Source: Betaproteobacteria bacterium (GTDB taxonomy: Bacteria; Pseudomonadota; Gammaproteobacteria; Burkholderiales; Burkholderiaceae_C). Taken from it: a stretch of DNA of 64,000 nt. Positions 48,960 to 59,885 of this stretch are shown piece after piece. The notes beneath the pieces were generated by a model that saw nothing but the letters and a program-made list of their open reading frames with translations, was not told the origin of the DNA and made no database searches. Made by a program: the position numbers and the translations under genes. The stretch covers positions 7,599-71,598 of the forward strand of contig JAYTVT010000032.1 of assembly GCA_043743835.1 (NCBI GenBank), read 5' to 3'. Position 1 is the first letter of the stretch. Each line of letters begins with the position of its first letter.

Positions 48960-50246
48960 ATGATCCACCACCGCTTCGCATCGCCCGCGCTGGGCGCTGC
49001 GCTCTGTGCCGTTCTGTCCGCGCCAGGGGCGTGGGCTGCGCCCGTGTCCATCAACACACCTTTCATGAACCTGGAGCACCGGGCGGTGAATTCGCTGGGC
49101 TTTAGCGCCGGTAGCTTCTTGCGCATTGGCGCCAACGCGGTCACGCCCAACGGCGCTGCGGGCACCACGGGCGTGGGCACCACCACCCACCTGGTGACAG
49201 GTGCCACGGTGAACCGCACCATCAACTTCGACCCGGGGCCCAGCATCCCCAACTTTTTCAGCCGCTACATGGCCGACGACCGTGCCCTGTACGGGCCTTG
49301 GACCCTGCGGTTCAACAATGGCAGCGACAGCACCAGCGCCGTGGTCAGCTTGGCGGCCAACGCGCAGCAGGCCCCCTTTGTGGACAGCATCACCTTGTCG
49401 GGCACGGGCGCTAACCCGACCTTTGCCTGGACACCGCCGGCGGGCGCGGTGGTCAACGGCTACCGCGTCAACATCTATGACAAGAGCCTGGTTCGCCCTG
49501 GCAACAACGGGCAAGTGGCCTCGCGCAACTTGCAGCCTGGCACCACTACCTACACCGTGACCGGGACGGACTTCGTGACCCCGGGCTACGCCTTCACCCA
49601 GGGCACCAACTATTCGATCGAGATTTCGCTGATCCAAACCAAGGACGGCAGTTCCACCAATCTGGGCAACGCCAATCTGCAGGCCATTGCGCGTGTCTAC
49701 GCCGACTTCACGCCCACCGCTGCTGGTGGCCCGGTGGTCAACCTGCCGGTGCTGTTGGCCAACGGCAGCTACCAGTTCAACATGACGGTGCAAGCCGGCC
49801 AGACCTACTACATCGACCCCGAGGTGGCAGTGGGCTACGACTACGCCACTGGTGCGGGCGACCCCAACTTCTTGAGCGTGGACCTGCCCGACAACATTGG
49901 CGACGGCCTGTACGACATCTACGGCTGGGACCCAGACAGCCAGTGGATTTTGCTGGCCAGCAACTGGAATGGCGCCAACGTCTACAACTTTGGCGGCGGG
50001 GGTGTGGACCGATTCCGCGTCACCGGCATCGAGACCAGCGCCGGCCTGAACCCGCTCAACACCACGGCCTTCATCACCGGCTTGACCTTTGCTGGCAATG
50101 GGCGCTTCACTGGCACTCAAACGCCCATCACGGTGACCGTGAACGTGCCCGAGCCCGGCAGCGCCGCGCTGGTGGGCCTGGCCTTGGCGGGTTTGTGCGG
50201 TGCCAGCCGCCGCCGGCCCAGCCGCGCCAGCCCGCTCAGGGCTTGA
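48960..50246 (+). CDS. PEP-CTERM sorting-domain surface protein
   Basis: Signal peptide; Thr/Asn/Gly-rich beta-type body; C-terminal VPEPGS, TM helix and RRR. Confidence 0.9.
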   Translation: MIHHRFASPALGAALCAVLSAPGAWAAPVSINTPFMNLEHRAVNSLGFSAGSFLRIGANAVTPNGAAGTTGVGTTTHLVTGATVNRTINFDPGPSIPNFFSRYMADDRALYGPWTLRFNNGSDSTSAVVSLAANAQQAPFVDSITLSGTGANPTFAWTPPAGAVVNGYRVNIYDKSLVRPGNNGQVASRNLQPGTTTYTVTGTDFVTPGYAFTQGTNYSIEISLIQTKDGSSTNLGNANLQAIARVYADFTPTAAGGPVVNLPVLLANGSYQFNMTVQAGQTYYIDPEVAVGYDYATGAGDPNFLSVDLPDNIGDGLYDIYGWDPDSQWILLASNWNGANVYNFGGGGVDRFRVTGIETSAGLNPLNTTAFITGLTFAGNGRFTGTQTPITVTVNVPEPGSAALVGLALAGLCGASRRRPSRASPLRA

Positions 50247-51450
50247 GGATGCGCGGCACCGCCGCCGGGCGCAGCCTGAAGGCGTCCGGCATGCGTGAGC
50301 CCAGCAAGGGCCGCAGGTAAAGGCGGAAGGCGTCGGTCACGTCGGTGCCGCTGGCGCTGATGAACTCGTCTTCCATCGTGCGGGTCTTGCCGGCCACGGC
50401 CTCCAGCGGCAGCAGCTCGTAGTCCACCGAGTAAAAGCCGGTGCGCTTGATGGCCACCGAGCCATTGACCTGGCCCCACATCGCGAACTGCACCGCTTTT
50501 TCGCCCACTTCGCGGGCTTCGCGCTGGTCGACATCGCTGACGCAGCCGACAAAGCTGCGCTGCAGGTAGCCAAAGGTGTCGCCGCGCACCCGCTTGATCT
50601 TCAGCTTGGCCTTGATCTCTTCGCACAGCAGGTCGGCCAGCGCGCCACTGCCCGAGAGCTGCACAGTGCCATGCGCGTCCTGCTCCAGGTCTTTGGCCAG
50701 CAGCGCCAGGATGGGCTTGCCCTGGGCGTCGTGGATGCCTTCGCTGACGGCGATCACGCAGCGCCCATAGCGCTCGTAGGTGGCCTTTACATCAGCCAGA
50801 AAACGGTCGATCTCGAAGACCCGCTCGGGCAGGTAGATCAGGTGCGGGCCGTCATCGGGAAACTTCTTGCCCAGGGCCGATGCGGCGGTCAGGAAGCCGG
50901 CGTGGCGGCCCATCACCACGCCCACATACACACCCGGCAGCGCGGCGTTGTCCAGGTTGGCGCCAGCAAAGGCCTGGGCCACAAAACGCGCTGCGCTGGG
51001 AAAGCCGGGCGTGTGGTCGTTGTGCACCAGGTCGTTGTCGATGGTCTTGGGGATGTGCAGACAGCGCAGCGGGTAGCCGGCCTTGTGGGCCTCCTCGGCG
51101 ACGATGCGCACGGTGTCCGACGAATCGTTGCCGCCGATGTTGAAGAAGTGCTCGATGCGGTGCGCCTTGAGCACCTTGAACATCTCTTGGCAGTAGGCCA
51201 GGTCGGGCTTGTCGCGGGTGCTGCCCAGCGCAGCGGCTGGGGTGCCGGCCACCAGTTCCAGGTTGTGGCTGGTCTCTTGCGTGAGGTCGACAAAGTCTTC
51301 ATTGACGATGCCGCGCACGCCGTGCCGCGCACCGTAGACACGCTGGATGCCCTGGTGACGGCGGGCTTCCAGCACCACCCCCACCAGGCTTTGGTTGATG
51401 ACCGCTGTGGGGCCGCCGCCTTGGGCGACCAGGATTTTTCCGGACGACAT
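50236..51450 (-). CDS. pfkA: 6-phosphofructokinase (PfkA superfamily, probably PPi-dependent)
   Basis: QGGGPTAVIN, GGNDS (Asp suggests PPi use), PKTIDND and MGRHAG motifs. Confidence 0.88.
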   Translation of the reverse strand: MSSGKILVAQGGGPTAVINQSLVGVVLEARRHQGIQRVYGARHGVRGIVNEDFVDLTQETSHNLELVAGTPAAALGSTRDKPDLAYCQEMFKVLKAHRIEHFFNIGGNDSSDTVRIVAEEAHKAGYPLRCLHIPKTIDNDLVHNDHTPGFPSAARFVAQAFAGANLDNAALPGVYVGVVMGRHAGFLTAASALGKKFPDDGPHLIYLPERVFEIDRFLADVKATYERYGRCVIAVSEGIHDAQGKPILALLAKDLEQDAHGTVQLSGSGALADLLCEEIKAKLKIKRVRGDTFGYLQRSFVGCVSDVDQREAREVGEKAVQFAMWGQVNGSVAIKRTGFYSVDYELLPLEAVAGKTRTMEDEFISASGTDVTDAFRLYLRPLLGSRMPDAFRLRPAAVPRILKP

Positions 51451-51517
51451 GCTGTTGCTCCTTGGTCTGGTGTGCAGTGCGCATCGTAGCCAGTGTGCAG
51501 GCACCACAATGAGGCGA

Positions 51518-52108
51518 ATGCATCGCACCATTTTTGACACACCGGTGGTCAACACCGCCCTGCGCCGTTTTTCCGTGGCTTACCTGCGTTGGAAGGGCTG
51601 GACGGTGGTGGGGGCCTTGCCTGCGCAAGCCGCCAAGAGCGTGATGATCGCGGCGCCACACACCAGCAACTGGGACTTGCCTTACACCTTGATGGTGGCC
51701 TTTTCGTTGCGCCTGAACATCTACTGGATGGGCAAGGCCAGCCTGTTTCGCTGGCCTTTTGGCCCGGTGATGCGTTGGTTGGGCGGGATCGCGGTGGACC
51801 GCAGCAAGAGCAGCAACCTGGTGAGCGCTTCGGCTCAAGCCATCGTGCAGGCCGACGGCCCCTTGCAGCTGGTGGTGCCGCCCGAAGGCACGCGCGGCAA
51901 GACGCGCCACTGGAAAACCGGCTTCTACTTCATCGCCTTGGAGGCACAGGTGCCCATCATCCTGGCTTACCTGGACTACCACCGCAAGGTCGGTGGCCTG
52001 GGACCTTTGTTCTCGCCCACCGGCGATGTCAACGTCGACATGACCGAGATCAAGCGCTTTTACGCCCCCATCCGGGGCCGCCGCGCTGACCACTTTCTGG
52101 CCGACTGA
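51518..52108 (+). CDS. Lysophospholipid/1-acyl-sn-glycerol-3-phosphate acyltransferase family
   Basis: PHTSNWD (HX4D) and PEGTR motifs. Confidence 0.9.
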   Translation: MHRTIFDTPVVNTALRRFSVAYLRWKGWTVVGALPAQAAKSVMIAAPHTSNWDLPYTLMVAFSLRLNIYWMGKASLFRWPFGPVMRWLGGIAVDRSKSSNLVSASAQAIVQADGPLQLVVPPEGTRGKTRHWKTGFYFIALEAQVPIILAYLDYHRKVGGLGPLFSPTGDVNVDMTEIKRFYAPIRGRRADHFLAD

Positions 52109-52109
52109 A

Positions 52110-53468
52110 TCAAAAGTCCACCACCTGCAGCTTCATGCCGCGCGATGCCAGCAAGGCGTGCGCCTTGTCGGCTTGCGCGCGGGTGGGAAAGGGCCAGCAG
52201 ACCACGCGCCAGTCGTCCCCGCTGCGCAGGGCTTCAACTTGCAAGGCGGGCACGCTGTTGGCCAGCAAACCGCGCATGGCCTCGGCAATCTGTTCGCTTT
52301 CAGCCTTGGTGCGTATGAGACGGCTGGACAAAGCGAACGCTGGCCCTGTGTGAATGGCGGGGGCGGGCGCGGTCGCTGCCGTTTGGCTGGGTCTTGGGTT
52401 GGCCGGGGTTGGCCCGGGCGCTGCCGCTGAGACCAGCTTGGTGGGCTCCGCAAGCGAGGCCGATGCCGACGCCGATGCCGCATCAGCTTGCCGTGCGGCC
52501 AACAAGCTTTGCCTTCTTTCGTCAGCCACGCGCCCAACCGAGGGCAGATTCACGCGGCCCCAAGAAGGGTCCACATCGGTGGGCCGAACGGGTGCCGGGT
52601 TTGTGCCTGCTGCGGCGCTGGCGGTTGTGGCCGACACCGAGGCTGCAGGCTGAACAGCCATGGCCGCTGCAACAACTGCAGAGGCTGCAGAGGCTGCAGC
52701 ATGGACTTCCACGGCGGCTTCAGAGGCCGCACGGACTGGAGCCGCAGCGACCGCGACCGCCGCTGCTAGGTTTTGCCCGGCAGCCGGTTCAAGCAAGCCT
52801 TTGAGACCCAAGGCCAAGACCGCAACCGTCAGCAAGGGCAGCCCGACCGCCAGGCCTACACGGGACAGACTCCAGAGTCGCTTGCCCAACAAGGCTGGGG
52901 CCCTTCCAGTGCCCGCCAGCAAGCGGCTGCGTTGGCCGCCAATGTCGATCTGGGCTGTCAGCAACCACCGTCGGTGCAGCATGGGCAGCGCCGTTCCCGC
53001 ATCGACCTTGACCATGCGCACGGGCTTGTCTTTGCCAGGCTGGGCTTCCAAAGCCCCATGCTGCAAAGCAAAGGCGGCAATGGCGGCCGGGCGCCAAGGC
53101 TGGATGAAGTCCTCGGTGAACGCGGGCAGCAACTGAGTAGGCAGCGCAGGGGGCCGCGGACGGCTTGCTTCGCTGGGCGACGGCAGCTCTGCTGCAGCTT
53201 CCGACGGGGCCTGATTCGCGCGCGCCATGGCCCGCTCTCGCAGCGTGGCACCTTCGGCCGCTGGTGTGGTTGCGCTTTCTGCCGGCCCAGCGGGTGGCAG
53301 ATCGACGCCAGCAGGATGGGCCGCCGTGGATGGTGTGGTCGCCACAAAAGGCAACACCACGTAGCCCAGCGACTGCACATGTTGAACGCCAATGCGGCGG
53401 GCCAAGGGGTGGCGGTTGTGCCACGCCACGATGTGGTTGGCCAGGGCGTCCAGGAGCAGCGTTTGCAT
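52110..53468 (-). CDS. Membrane-anchored protein with Ala/Pro-rich linker and C-terminal SPOR-like domain
   Basis: One TM helix, low-complexity AASA region, C-terminal WRVVCWPF...A...L. Confidence 0.6.
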   Translation of the reverse strand: MQTLLLDALANHIVAWHNRHPLARRIGVQHVQSLGYVVLPFVATTPSTAAHPAGVDLPPAGPAESATTPAAEGATLRERAMARANQAPSEAAAELPSPSEASRPRPPALPTQLLPAFTEDFIQPWRPAAIAAFALQHGALEAQPGKDKPVRMVKVDAGTALPMLHRRWLLTAQIDIGGQRSRLLAGTGRAPALLGKRLWSLSRVGLAVGLPLLTVAVLALGLKGLLEPAAGQNLAAAVAVAAAPVRAASEAAVEVHAAASAASAVVAAAMAVQPAASVSATTASAAAGTNPAPVRPTDVDPSWGRVNLPSVGRVADERRQSLLAARQADAASASASASLAEPTKLVSAAAPGPTPANPRPSQTAATAPAPAIHTGPAFALSSRLIRTKAESEQIAEAMRGLLANSVPALQVEALRSGDDWRVVCWPFPTRAQADKAHALLASRGMKLQVVDF

Positions 53469-53537
53469 GATCAGCCTGGATTCTGATTCTTCACAGCGCT
53501 GGCAAGCGCGTCAACGCGTCACCCTGACCGGCAATGT

Positions 53538-54779
53538 TCACGCCTTTGGCGGTGCCGCCGGGGTCGGCAGGCGCAGCAACAACAGCGCAGCCAAGGACGC
53601 CAAGGCCAGCGAGGCCGTCAGCCACAGTGTGGATGTGCCCCAGCGCTCCAGCACCAAACCCATGGCCCATGGCGACAGTGCGCCCAACAGGCGGCCTGGC
53701 ATGGCGATCCAGCCTTGGCGCACCCCGTAACCCTGGGGCCCAAAAACCGCCAAGGGAAGCGTACCGCGCACGATGGTCAGCAAGCCATTGCCCAAGCCGT
53801 GCAAAACCACAAAAGGCAAGGCCGCCGCGCTGCCTGCGGCCAGCACGCAGGCAGCCCCCAAGGGGTGCCCCAGGGTGGCCAGGCGGGCGGTTAGCAGCGG
53901 TGAAAAGCGGCTGAGCACTCCCAACTCGAACAGCCGCGCTGCCACCTGTGATGGGCCCGCCAGTGAGGCCATGGCCACGGCGCTGACCAGCGATGCGCCG
54001 CTGGCCTGCAGCAGCGCCGGCAGGTGCGTGGCAATGGCGGTGCTGACACAAGCCATGAAGGTGAAGATCAGCGTCAACAGGAACAGCGCTCGCCTTCTGG
54101 GGCTGGCAAGTGGCTGGACCGTAGCAGCCACTTGCGGGGGCTGGCCGCTGAGCTCGGCGACCGTTGCCTCACCCGGTGCAGCAGCAGAAGGCGAGACAAG
54201 AGCCGCCGTGTCGGACGGCACAGCGGCACGAGGAAGCCACAGGTTGAGCGGCAGGCCCAGCAAGAGGTGCAGGGCCGCCCAGCCTGCGCAAGCGCCGCGC
54301 CAGCCCCAGGCGGCTTCCATGGCCGCGGTGAGGGGCCAACCGACGCTGCTGGCAAAACCGGCAATCAGCGTGATCCCCGTGATCGCTCGTCGCGCATCGG
54401 TGCCATAGATGCGCACCAGCGACGCAAAGGCGGCGTCGTACAAACCGCAGGCCATGGCCACACCCATGACCAGCCAGGCCAGGGTCAGGCCCACCCAGCC
54501 TGGTGCCACCGCCAGCCCCGCCAGCGCCAGGGCAAACAGGGCGCTGGAGACCAGCAACACGGGCCGACCGCCGTGTTGGTCGATCAGCTGCCCGGCCCAC
54601 GGGCTGAGCAGTGCAGACAAGACCAGCGACATCGAGAGCAGCGCAAACACGCTGGAACTGGCCAAGCCCAGCTCGCTCGAGATCGGAGCGGCCAGCATGG
54701 CCGGCAGATAGAACGAAGAAGCCCAGGCCAGAGTCTGCGCCAGGCCCAGGGCCGCCACCACCGATGAGCGTGACTTCAT
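53538..54779 (-). CDS. MFS transporter
   Basis: LAWASSFYLP, GQLIDQHGGR (motif A) and ITLIAGFAS; about 12 TM segments. Confidence 0.88.
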   Translation of the reverse strand: MKSRSSVVAALGLAQTLAWASSFYLPAMLAAPISSELGLASSSVFALLSMSLVLSALLSPWAGQLIDQHGGRPVLLVSSALFALALAGLAVAPGWVGLTLAWLVMGVAMACGLYDAAFASLVRIYGTDARRAITGITLIAGFASSVGWPLTAAMEAAWGWRGACAGWAALHLLLGLPLNLWLPRAAVPSDTAALVSPSAAAPGEATVAELSGQPPQVAATVQPLASPRRRALFLLTLIFTFMACVSTAIATHLPALLQASGASLVSAVAMASLAGPSQVAARLFELGVLSRFSPLLTARLATLGHPLGAACVLAAGSAAALPFVVLHGLGNGLLTIVRGTLPLAVFGPQGYGVRQGWIAMPGRLLGALSPWAMGLVLERWGTSTLWLTASLALASLAALLLLRLPTPAAPPKA

Positions 54780-55059
54780 GGATGCAGCGTAGGGCAGCCA
54801 AAAGCGCTGGGCGGCAGCTGGCCCACAGCCAAGGCGTCGGGCCGGTGAAGAACGGCCAGTCGCAGCCTGCTGCGTGGCGTGCATCGGATCTGCAAGGGAA
54901 AGTTCATATCGCAGTGTCGCATCGTCTGCCTTGATCGGGCCCGAGCTGCTTCTTGGCCCAGGGCTCTCCCGGCTGGCGTACCCTCCGGCGACCCGTTAGA
55001 GTGCTCGAGGTCAACAAGAGCGGTGACCAGCATCCCGCCTACCTGTCCGGAGTCAGCCC

Positions 55060-58000
55060 ATGCCTATCACCCCCGAGGCGTTGGCAACAGCGCTCAGCCT
55101 TGAGCGTGAAGGCCTGCACGCCGCCGCGTGGCCCCGCGCCATAGCCCTGGCCGGTTTTGTCGCCGCCGCGCTGCTGTTGCTGCTTTGGCCATGGGCGCCA
55201 AGCAATGGGATGCTGGCCTGGGCCGCGCTGCTGGTGTTGGCCTTGGGCCTGCGGTGCTGGTTCGGCCTTCACCATCGTAGGGCCCTTCGCTTGCGGACGG
55301 CTTCGGAAGCTGACCAGCGCACTGCCTCGAAATGGGTGCTGCGGCACCGACTTTCGTTGGCTTTTCATGGTTTGGCTTGGACAACAGCTTGTGGGTTCTT
55401 GGGCTTTGCGGCCGGTGCCGAAGAGTTCAGCCCGCTGGTGTTTTTCATCGTCGCCATGTGTGCCGGTGCGCTCCTTGCGACGTCATTTGATGTGACCGCT
55501 GGGCTGTGCTTTGCCATGCCGACCATGGTTACCTTGGTGCCGCTGCTGTTGCTTCGGGGGCAGGGCCAGACGCTGGCCATCGCTGCGGTTGCGGTCTTGA
55601 GCGTCTTTTTGGCCTGGTTGAGTGCACGACGCTCGCAGCGCTTGATGGTGACGGCCTTGACGAGCCGTTTGAACTTGTTGGACCAGGAAGGCAGGGCTCA
55701 GCTTGCGCAGACCCAGGCAGCGCGCGCAGAGCTTGCCTTGTTGCAGCAAAGCGGCCTCTTCGAGCAGTTGTTGAGCCAAACGGCCGAAGGGTTCTGGTTT
55801 GTGGACAACGAGGGCGTCGGGACGCATGCCAACCCGGCCATGTGCGGTTTGCTGGGGCGCCCGTTGGAGGACATTCGGGGGCGCAGCGTGATGGCGTTTT
55901 TCGATGGTCAAGACCTCGCCATCATGCAGCGTGAAATCGCTGCTCGCCAGCAAGGTCAACACCAGGCCAGCTACGAGATTGGCATCGACCGTCCGGATGG
56001 CAGCCGGGTCTATTGCCTGAACCAGGCCACAGCGCTCTTCGATCCCGCGGGCAAGAAGTCAGGGTCCGTGGGCATCTGGACCGACATCACGCAGCGCCGA
56101 GAAGCCGAGTCTGCGCTGCGCATGCATGAAGTGGTGACCAATTCCATCACCGACCTGGTGTCGGTGATCAGCGAGCGCCGGGTCTACCGCATGGTCAACG
56201 ACGCCTGGTGCAAGGCTTCGGGCCTGACGCGTGCTGAAGCCTTGGGTCGCCTGACCACTGAGCTGCTGCGCCACGAGGACAACCAGGATCGGGCCCGAGC
56301 CTTTGATCGGTGCATCCAGACGCGCCAGCCCACCACGGTGGCCGGGATGGTTCACTTTCTGGATGGACGTTCGAAGCTGATTGAAACCACCTTTTCCCCC
56401 TTGGCCGAACTGCTGGACGGCGAAGCGTGCCTGGTTTCCATTTCGCGTGATGTCTCCGAAAGAGAGGAAGCGCGCCAGGCCCTGGTGGTGGGCGCCGAAT
56501 ACCTGCGCCGCACACTGGGTGCTACGGGTGATGCCATCTTTGCTTCGGACAACGATGACGTCGACGCCCCGGTTCGATTCAGCAACGAAAACATGCTTTC
56601 TCTGTGGGGCATCACCCTGCCCCAGGGCCAAGCGCTGACCGTGCGAACCATCATGGCGCACGCCACCCCCCAGTTCGCCGATCCGTTGGCGGAGGTTCAA
56701 CGCATCCATGACCTGATTGCACGCAACGTGCCCGACGAGTCGCACGTGCAATTGCGTGACGGCCGTACCCTGCTCAGGCGCTGCATGCCCGCACAGGTGG
56801 GTGGGCGGGTGTTGCGGGTGTGGAGTTTCAGAGACATTTCGGCCGAGGTGCAACGCCTGCACCTGGTGCAACGAGCCGAGGCCGAGTGGCGTGCGGTGCT
56901 GGACGCCTTCCCGGGGCTGATCGGCCGTTTGGATGCGAATCTGGTCTACACCTATGCCAGCGATGGCTTGGCCAGGCTGTTTGGGAAGACACCGGAACAG
57001 GTGGTCGGTCGGCCCGCCCACCAGTTCCTGGGGCCTGACCGGGTAGCCACACTCTGGCCCCTGACCCGGCGTGTACTGGCGGGTGAGACGGTGACCTATG
57101 AACGTCGTCACCCGCTCCCTGACGGGGCACCGACGTTTGACGCCCAGGTGACGCTGGCACCGGGACGCGACCCGGCCACCGGTGCGGCCTCGATCTACGG
57201 ATTTGCCATCGACATCTCGGCCCGCAAAGCCGCAGAGCGTGCCCTGGAGGCGGCCCGCGACGAAGCCCAGCGTGCCAACCGGGCCAAGTCTGAGTTCCTG
57301 TCGCAGATGTCACATGAATTGCGCACACCACTCAATGCGATCCTGGGCTTCGGCCAGTTGCTGGTGAGCGGTGAAACGCCCACCCAGGCGCATCGACAAC
57401 AGGCCTGGGCGCAAGAAGTGTTGAATGGCGCTCAGCACCTGCTCAGCTTGATCAATGAAATCCTGGATCTGGGGCGCATCGAAGCGGGGCACCTGGACCT
57501 GGACCTTGCCACGGTGCACTTGGCCGAGCCGGTACAGGAGTGCATGGCCTTGTTGCAGCCTCTGGCTCAGGCAGGCGACGTCCGGGTGTCGATGCAATCC
57601 GCTTCTGCATGGGCGGAAGCGCTTGTACGTGCGGATCGTGTGCGGCTGAAGCAGGTGCTGCTCAACTTGATGGGTAATGCCATCAAGTTCAACCGTCGCG
57701 GTGGCCTGGTTGAACTGATCTGCCGCAGTGAGGCCGATGCGATCTGGTTGGGCGTGCGTGACAACGGCCCGGGCATTGCTGAGCAGGACCTGCCGCGTTT
57801 GTTTCAGCCCTTTGAACGGATGGTTGCGGTGGGCTCAGACGTTGAAGGTACCGGCATTGGCTTGGCCTTGTCACGGCGGCTGGTGGTGGCCATGGGCGGC
57901 AGCATCGGCGTGGAAAGCAAGGCCGGTGGCGGCAGTTTGTTCTGGTTTCGCCTGCCACGGGCGGTGGTCCCAACCCAGGGCTTGCTGGCGGCTTCCCAGA

Positions 58001-58410
58001 CACCGAGCGGGTCTTCGCAGCTGGTGACCACCCAAAGACACCGTGTGCTCTACATCGAAGACAACATCGTCAACATCAGCTTGATGCAGGCGATTCTGTC
58101 CCGCCTGCCCGAGGTGGAATTGCAGTGCACCGAGCTGCCGGAGGAAGGTCTGCAGCTGGCCCGGACTTGGCAGCCTGCGTTGATCCTCACCGACATCCAA
58201 TTGCCGGGCATGAATGGATTCGACGTGCTGGCCACCTTGCGCGCGAATGAGGCTACGCGGTTCATACCGGTGGTGGCGGTCAGCGCCAACGCGCTGCAGT
58301 CCGACGTGGGCGCTGCGCTGGCCGCCGGCTTTCAGTCGTACCTCACGAAGCCTTTGGAACTGGATCTGCTGCTGGACACGGTGCGGCGCCATCTGATGCA
58401 TCCGAGTTGA
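55060..58410 (+). CDS. Membrane-bound multi-PAS hybrid sensor histidine kinase/receiver
   Basis: N-terminal TMs, about 4 PAS domains, H-box SHELRTPLN, NAIKF, DNGPGI, GTGIGL, receiver IEDN...DIQLP...KP. Confidence 0.93.
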   Translation: MPITPEALATALSLEREGLHAAAWPRAIALAGFVAAALLLLLWPWAPSNGMLAWAALLVLALGLRCWFGLHHRRALRLRTASEADQRTASKWVLRHRLSLAFHGLAWTTACGFLGFAAGAEEFSPLVFFIVAMCAGALLATSFDVTAGLCFAMPTMVTLVPLLLLRGQGQTLAIAAVAVLSVFLAWLSARRSQRLMVTALTSRLNLLDQEGRAQLAQTQAARAELALLQQSGLFEQLLSQTAEGFWFVDNEGVGTHANPAMCGLLGRPLEDIRGRSVMAFFDGQDLAIMQREIAARQQGQHQASYEIGIDRPDGSRVYCLNQATALFDPAGKKSGSVGIWTDITQRREAESALRMHEVVTNSITDLVSVISERRVYRMVNDAWCKASGLTRAEALGRLTTELLRHEDNQDRARAFDRCIQTRQPTTVAGMVHFLDGRSKLIETTFSPLAELLDGEACLVSISRDVSEREEARQALVVGAEYLRRTLGATGDAIFASDNDDVDAPVRFSNENMLSLWGITLPQGQALTVRTIMAHATPQFADPLAEVQRIHDLIARNVPDESHVQLRDGRTLLRRCMPAQVGGRVLRVWSFRDISAEVQRLHLVQRAEAEWRAVLDAFPGLIGRLDANLVYTYASDGLARLFGKTPEQVVGRPAHQFLGPDRVATLWPLTRRVLAGETVTYERRHPLPDGAPTFDAQVTLAPGRDPATGAASIYGFAIDISARKAAERALEAARDEAQRANRAKSEFLSQMSHELRTPLNAILGFGQLLVSGETPTQAHRQQAWAQEVLNGAQHLLSLINEILDLGRIEAGHLDLDLATVHLAEPVQECMALLQPLAQAGDVRVSMQSASAWAEALVRADRVRLKQVLLNLMGNAIKFNRRGGLVELICRSEADAIWLGVRDNGPGIAEQDLPRLFQPFERMVAVGSDVEGTGIGLALSRRLVVAMGGSIGVESKAGGGSLFWFRLPRAVVPTQGLLAASQTPSGSSQLVTTQRHRVLYIEDNIVNISLMQAILSRLPEVELQCTELPEEGLQLARTWQPALILTDIQLPGMNGFDVLATLRANEATRFIPVVAVSANALQSDVGAALAAGFQSYLTKPLELDLLLDTVRRHLMHPS

Positions 58411-58574
58411 GCCCTTAAGCTTCGGGGGCTGACGTCACCAAGATGGCGCATTCGCCTGGACATGAGCTGACTGCCCATGGGCCAGGAGCGTGCGGCGGCG
58501 CCACCCGCTTTTGTGCCCTGGCAAGGACACCTCCGATGCCTGGGACCTTTGAACAACACTCGCACTTGTCAAGC

Positions 58575-59849
58575 ATGAACGAGCAAGAGGCTGGACTGAC
58601 CCGGCGTTCCGCGCTGGCCAGCGCTGCGTTGGGCGCGTTCCCCTTTGTGGCGCAAGCGGCAGCCCCATCTGTGCTCACGGTGCACACCTGGCCGGGTCTG
58701 GACATCGGCGTCAAGGCGGTGATCCCGTTTTGGAAACAGCGCCATCCGGACGTTGAAGTGCGGATCCTCAGCCGCGAATACGGTGACCACCACACGGCAC
58801 TGACCACCGCCCTGTCCACCTCGGGTCTGTTGCCGGATGTGACCGCGGTGGCGGCCGACTACGTGGCCCGCTTTGCGCGTGGCCAGGGCCTGCAGGACCT
58901 GACGGCCGAGCCCTATCGCATCGACCGCCTGCGCCCGCGCCTGGTGCCCTACGCCTACGACCAGGCCCAGACGCGCAGTGGCGGCGTGGTGGCCATGCCG
59001 GCCGACATCGCGCCGGGCACCATGCTCTACCGCGCCGACATCCTGGCCCGCGCCGGGGTGGCTGCAGAAGCGCTGACCGATTCGTGGGACAGCTACCTGC
59101 AAGCCGGCGCCCGCATCAAGGCCGCCACCGGTGCCTACCTGATCGCGGACGTGGGGCAGATCAACAACATCATCATCCGCACCGGCCTGCAGCCGGGCGA
59201 AGGGCTTTTCTTTGACCAGAACTCGCGCGTGCTGGTCACGTCGAGTCGGTTTGTGCGCGCTTTTGAAGTGGCGCGCCAGGCCCGCCAGCTCAAGCTCGAT
59301 GCCCGTGTCAGCCCGTGGTCCAACGAGTGGGTGGAGGGCTTCAAGCGCGGCACGCTGGCCACTGAGCTGTCGGGCGCCTGGCTGGTGGGTGCGCTGAGCA
59401 ACTGGGTGGCGCCACAGACCCGTGGCCTGTGGCGCGCCGCGCAACTGCCAGCCCAGGCGCATGTGGCCTACGGGGGCGCGTTTTACGCCATGCCGCGCCT
59501 GTCAGCACCCAGCCGCAAGGCGCTGGCCTGGGAGTTCATTCAACTGCTGACACTGGACCCGGCGCGCCAGCTGCAGGCCTTCAAGTCCTACGACGCTTTT
59601 CCGTCGCTGCTGGAAACCCACGATGACCCGTTTTTCGACGAACCTTTGCCGTTCTTGGGCGGCCAGCCGGCACGCCAGCTCTGGCGCACGGCGGCGCGTC
59701 GCATCGGTGCCACGCCGGTGCACAAGCAGGACGGCTTTGCCAGCGAGGTGGTGGCCTCCGAGCTCGACGCGGTGCTCAACCGTGGCAAGGACATCACCAC
59801 GGCCTTGGCCAGTGCCCAGCGCCTGCTCGAGCGCCGAGCGCAGCGTTGA
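58575..59849 (+). CDS. Carbohydrate ABC transporter substrate-binding protein, Tat signal
   Basis: TRRSAL leader; LPDV, MPADIAPG.MLYR.D, GAW and GGAFY motifs. Confidence 0.85.
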   Translation: MNEQEAGLTRRSALASAALGAFPFVAQAAAPSVLTVHTWPGLDIGVKAVIPFWKQRHPDVEVRILSREYGDHHTALTTALSTSGLLPDVTAVAADYVARFARGQGLQDLTAEPYRIDRLRPRLVPYAYDQAQTRSGGVVAMPADIAPGTMLYRADILARAGVAAEALTDSWDSYLQAGARIKAATGAYLIADVGQINNIIIRTGLQPGEGLFFDQNSRVLVTSSRFVRAFEVARQARQLKLDARVSPWSNEWVEGFKRGTLATELSGAWLVGALSNWVAPQTRGLWRAAQLPAQAHVAYGGAFYAMPRLSAPSRKALAWEFIQLLTLDPARQLQAFKSYDAFPSLLETHDDPFFDEPLPFLGGQPARQLWRTAARRIGATPVHKQDGFASEVVASELDAVLNRGKDITTALASAQRLLERRAQR

Positions 59850-59885
59850 ACAAGGTGGAGATGCCGGTTTGGCTATCATCTGGCC

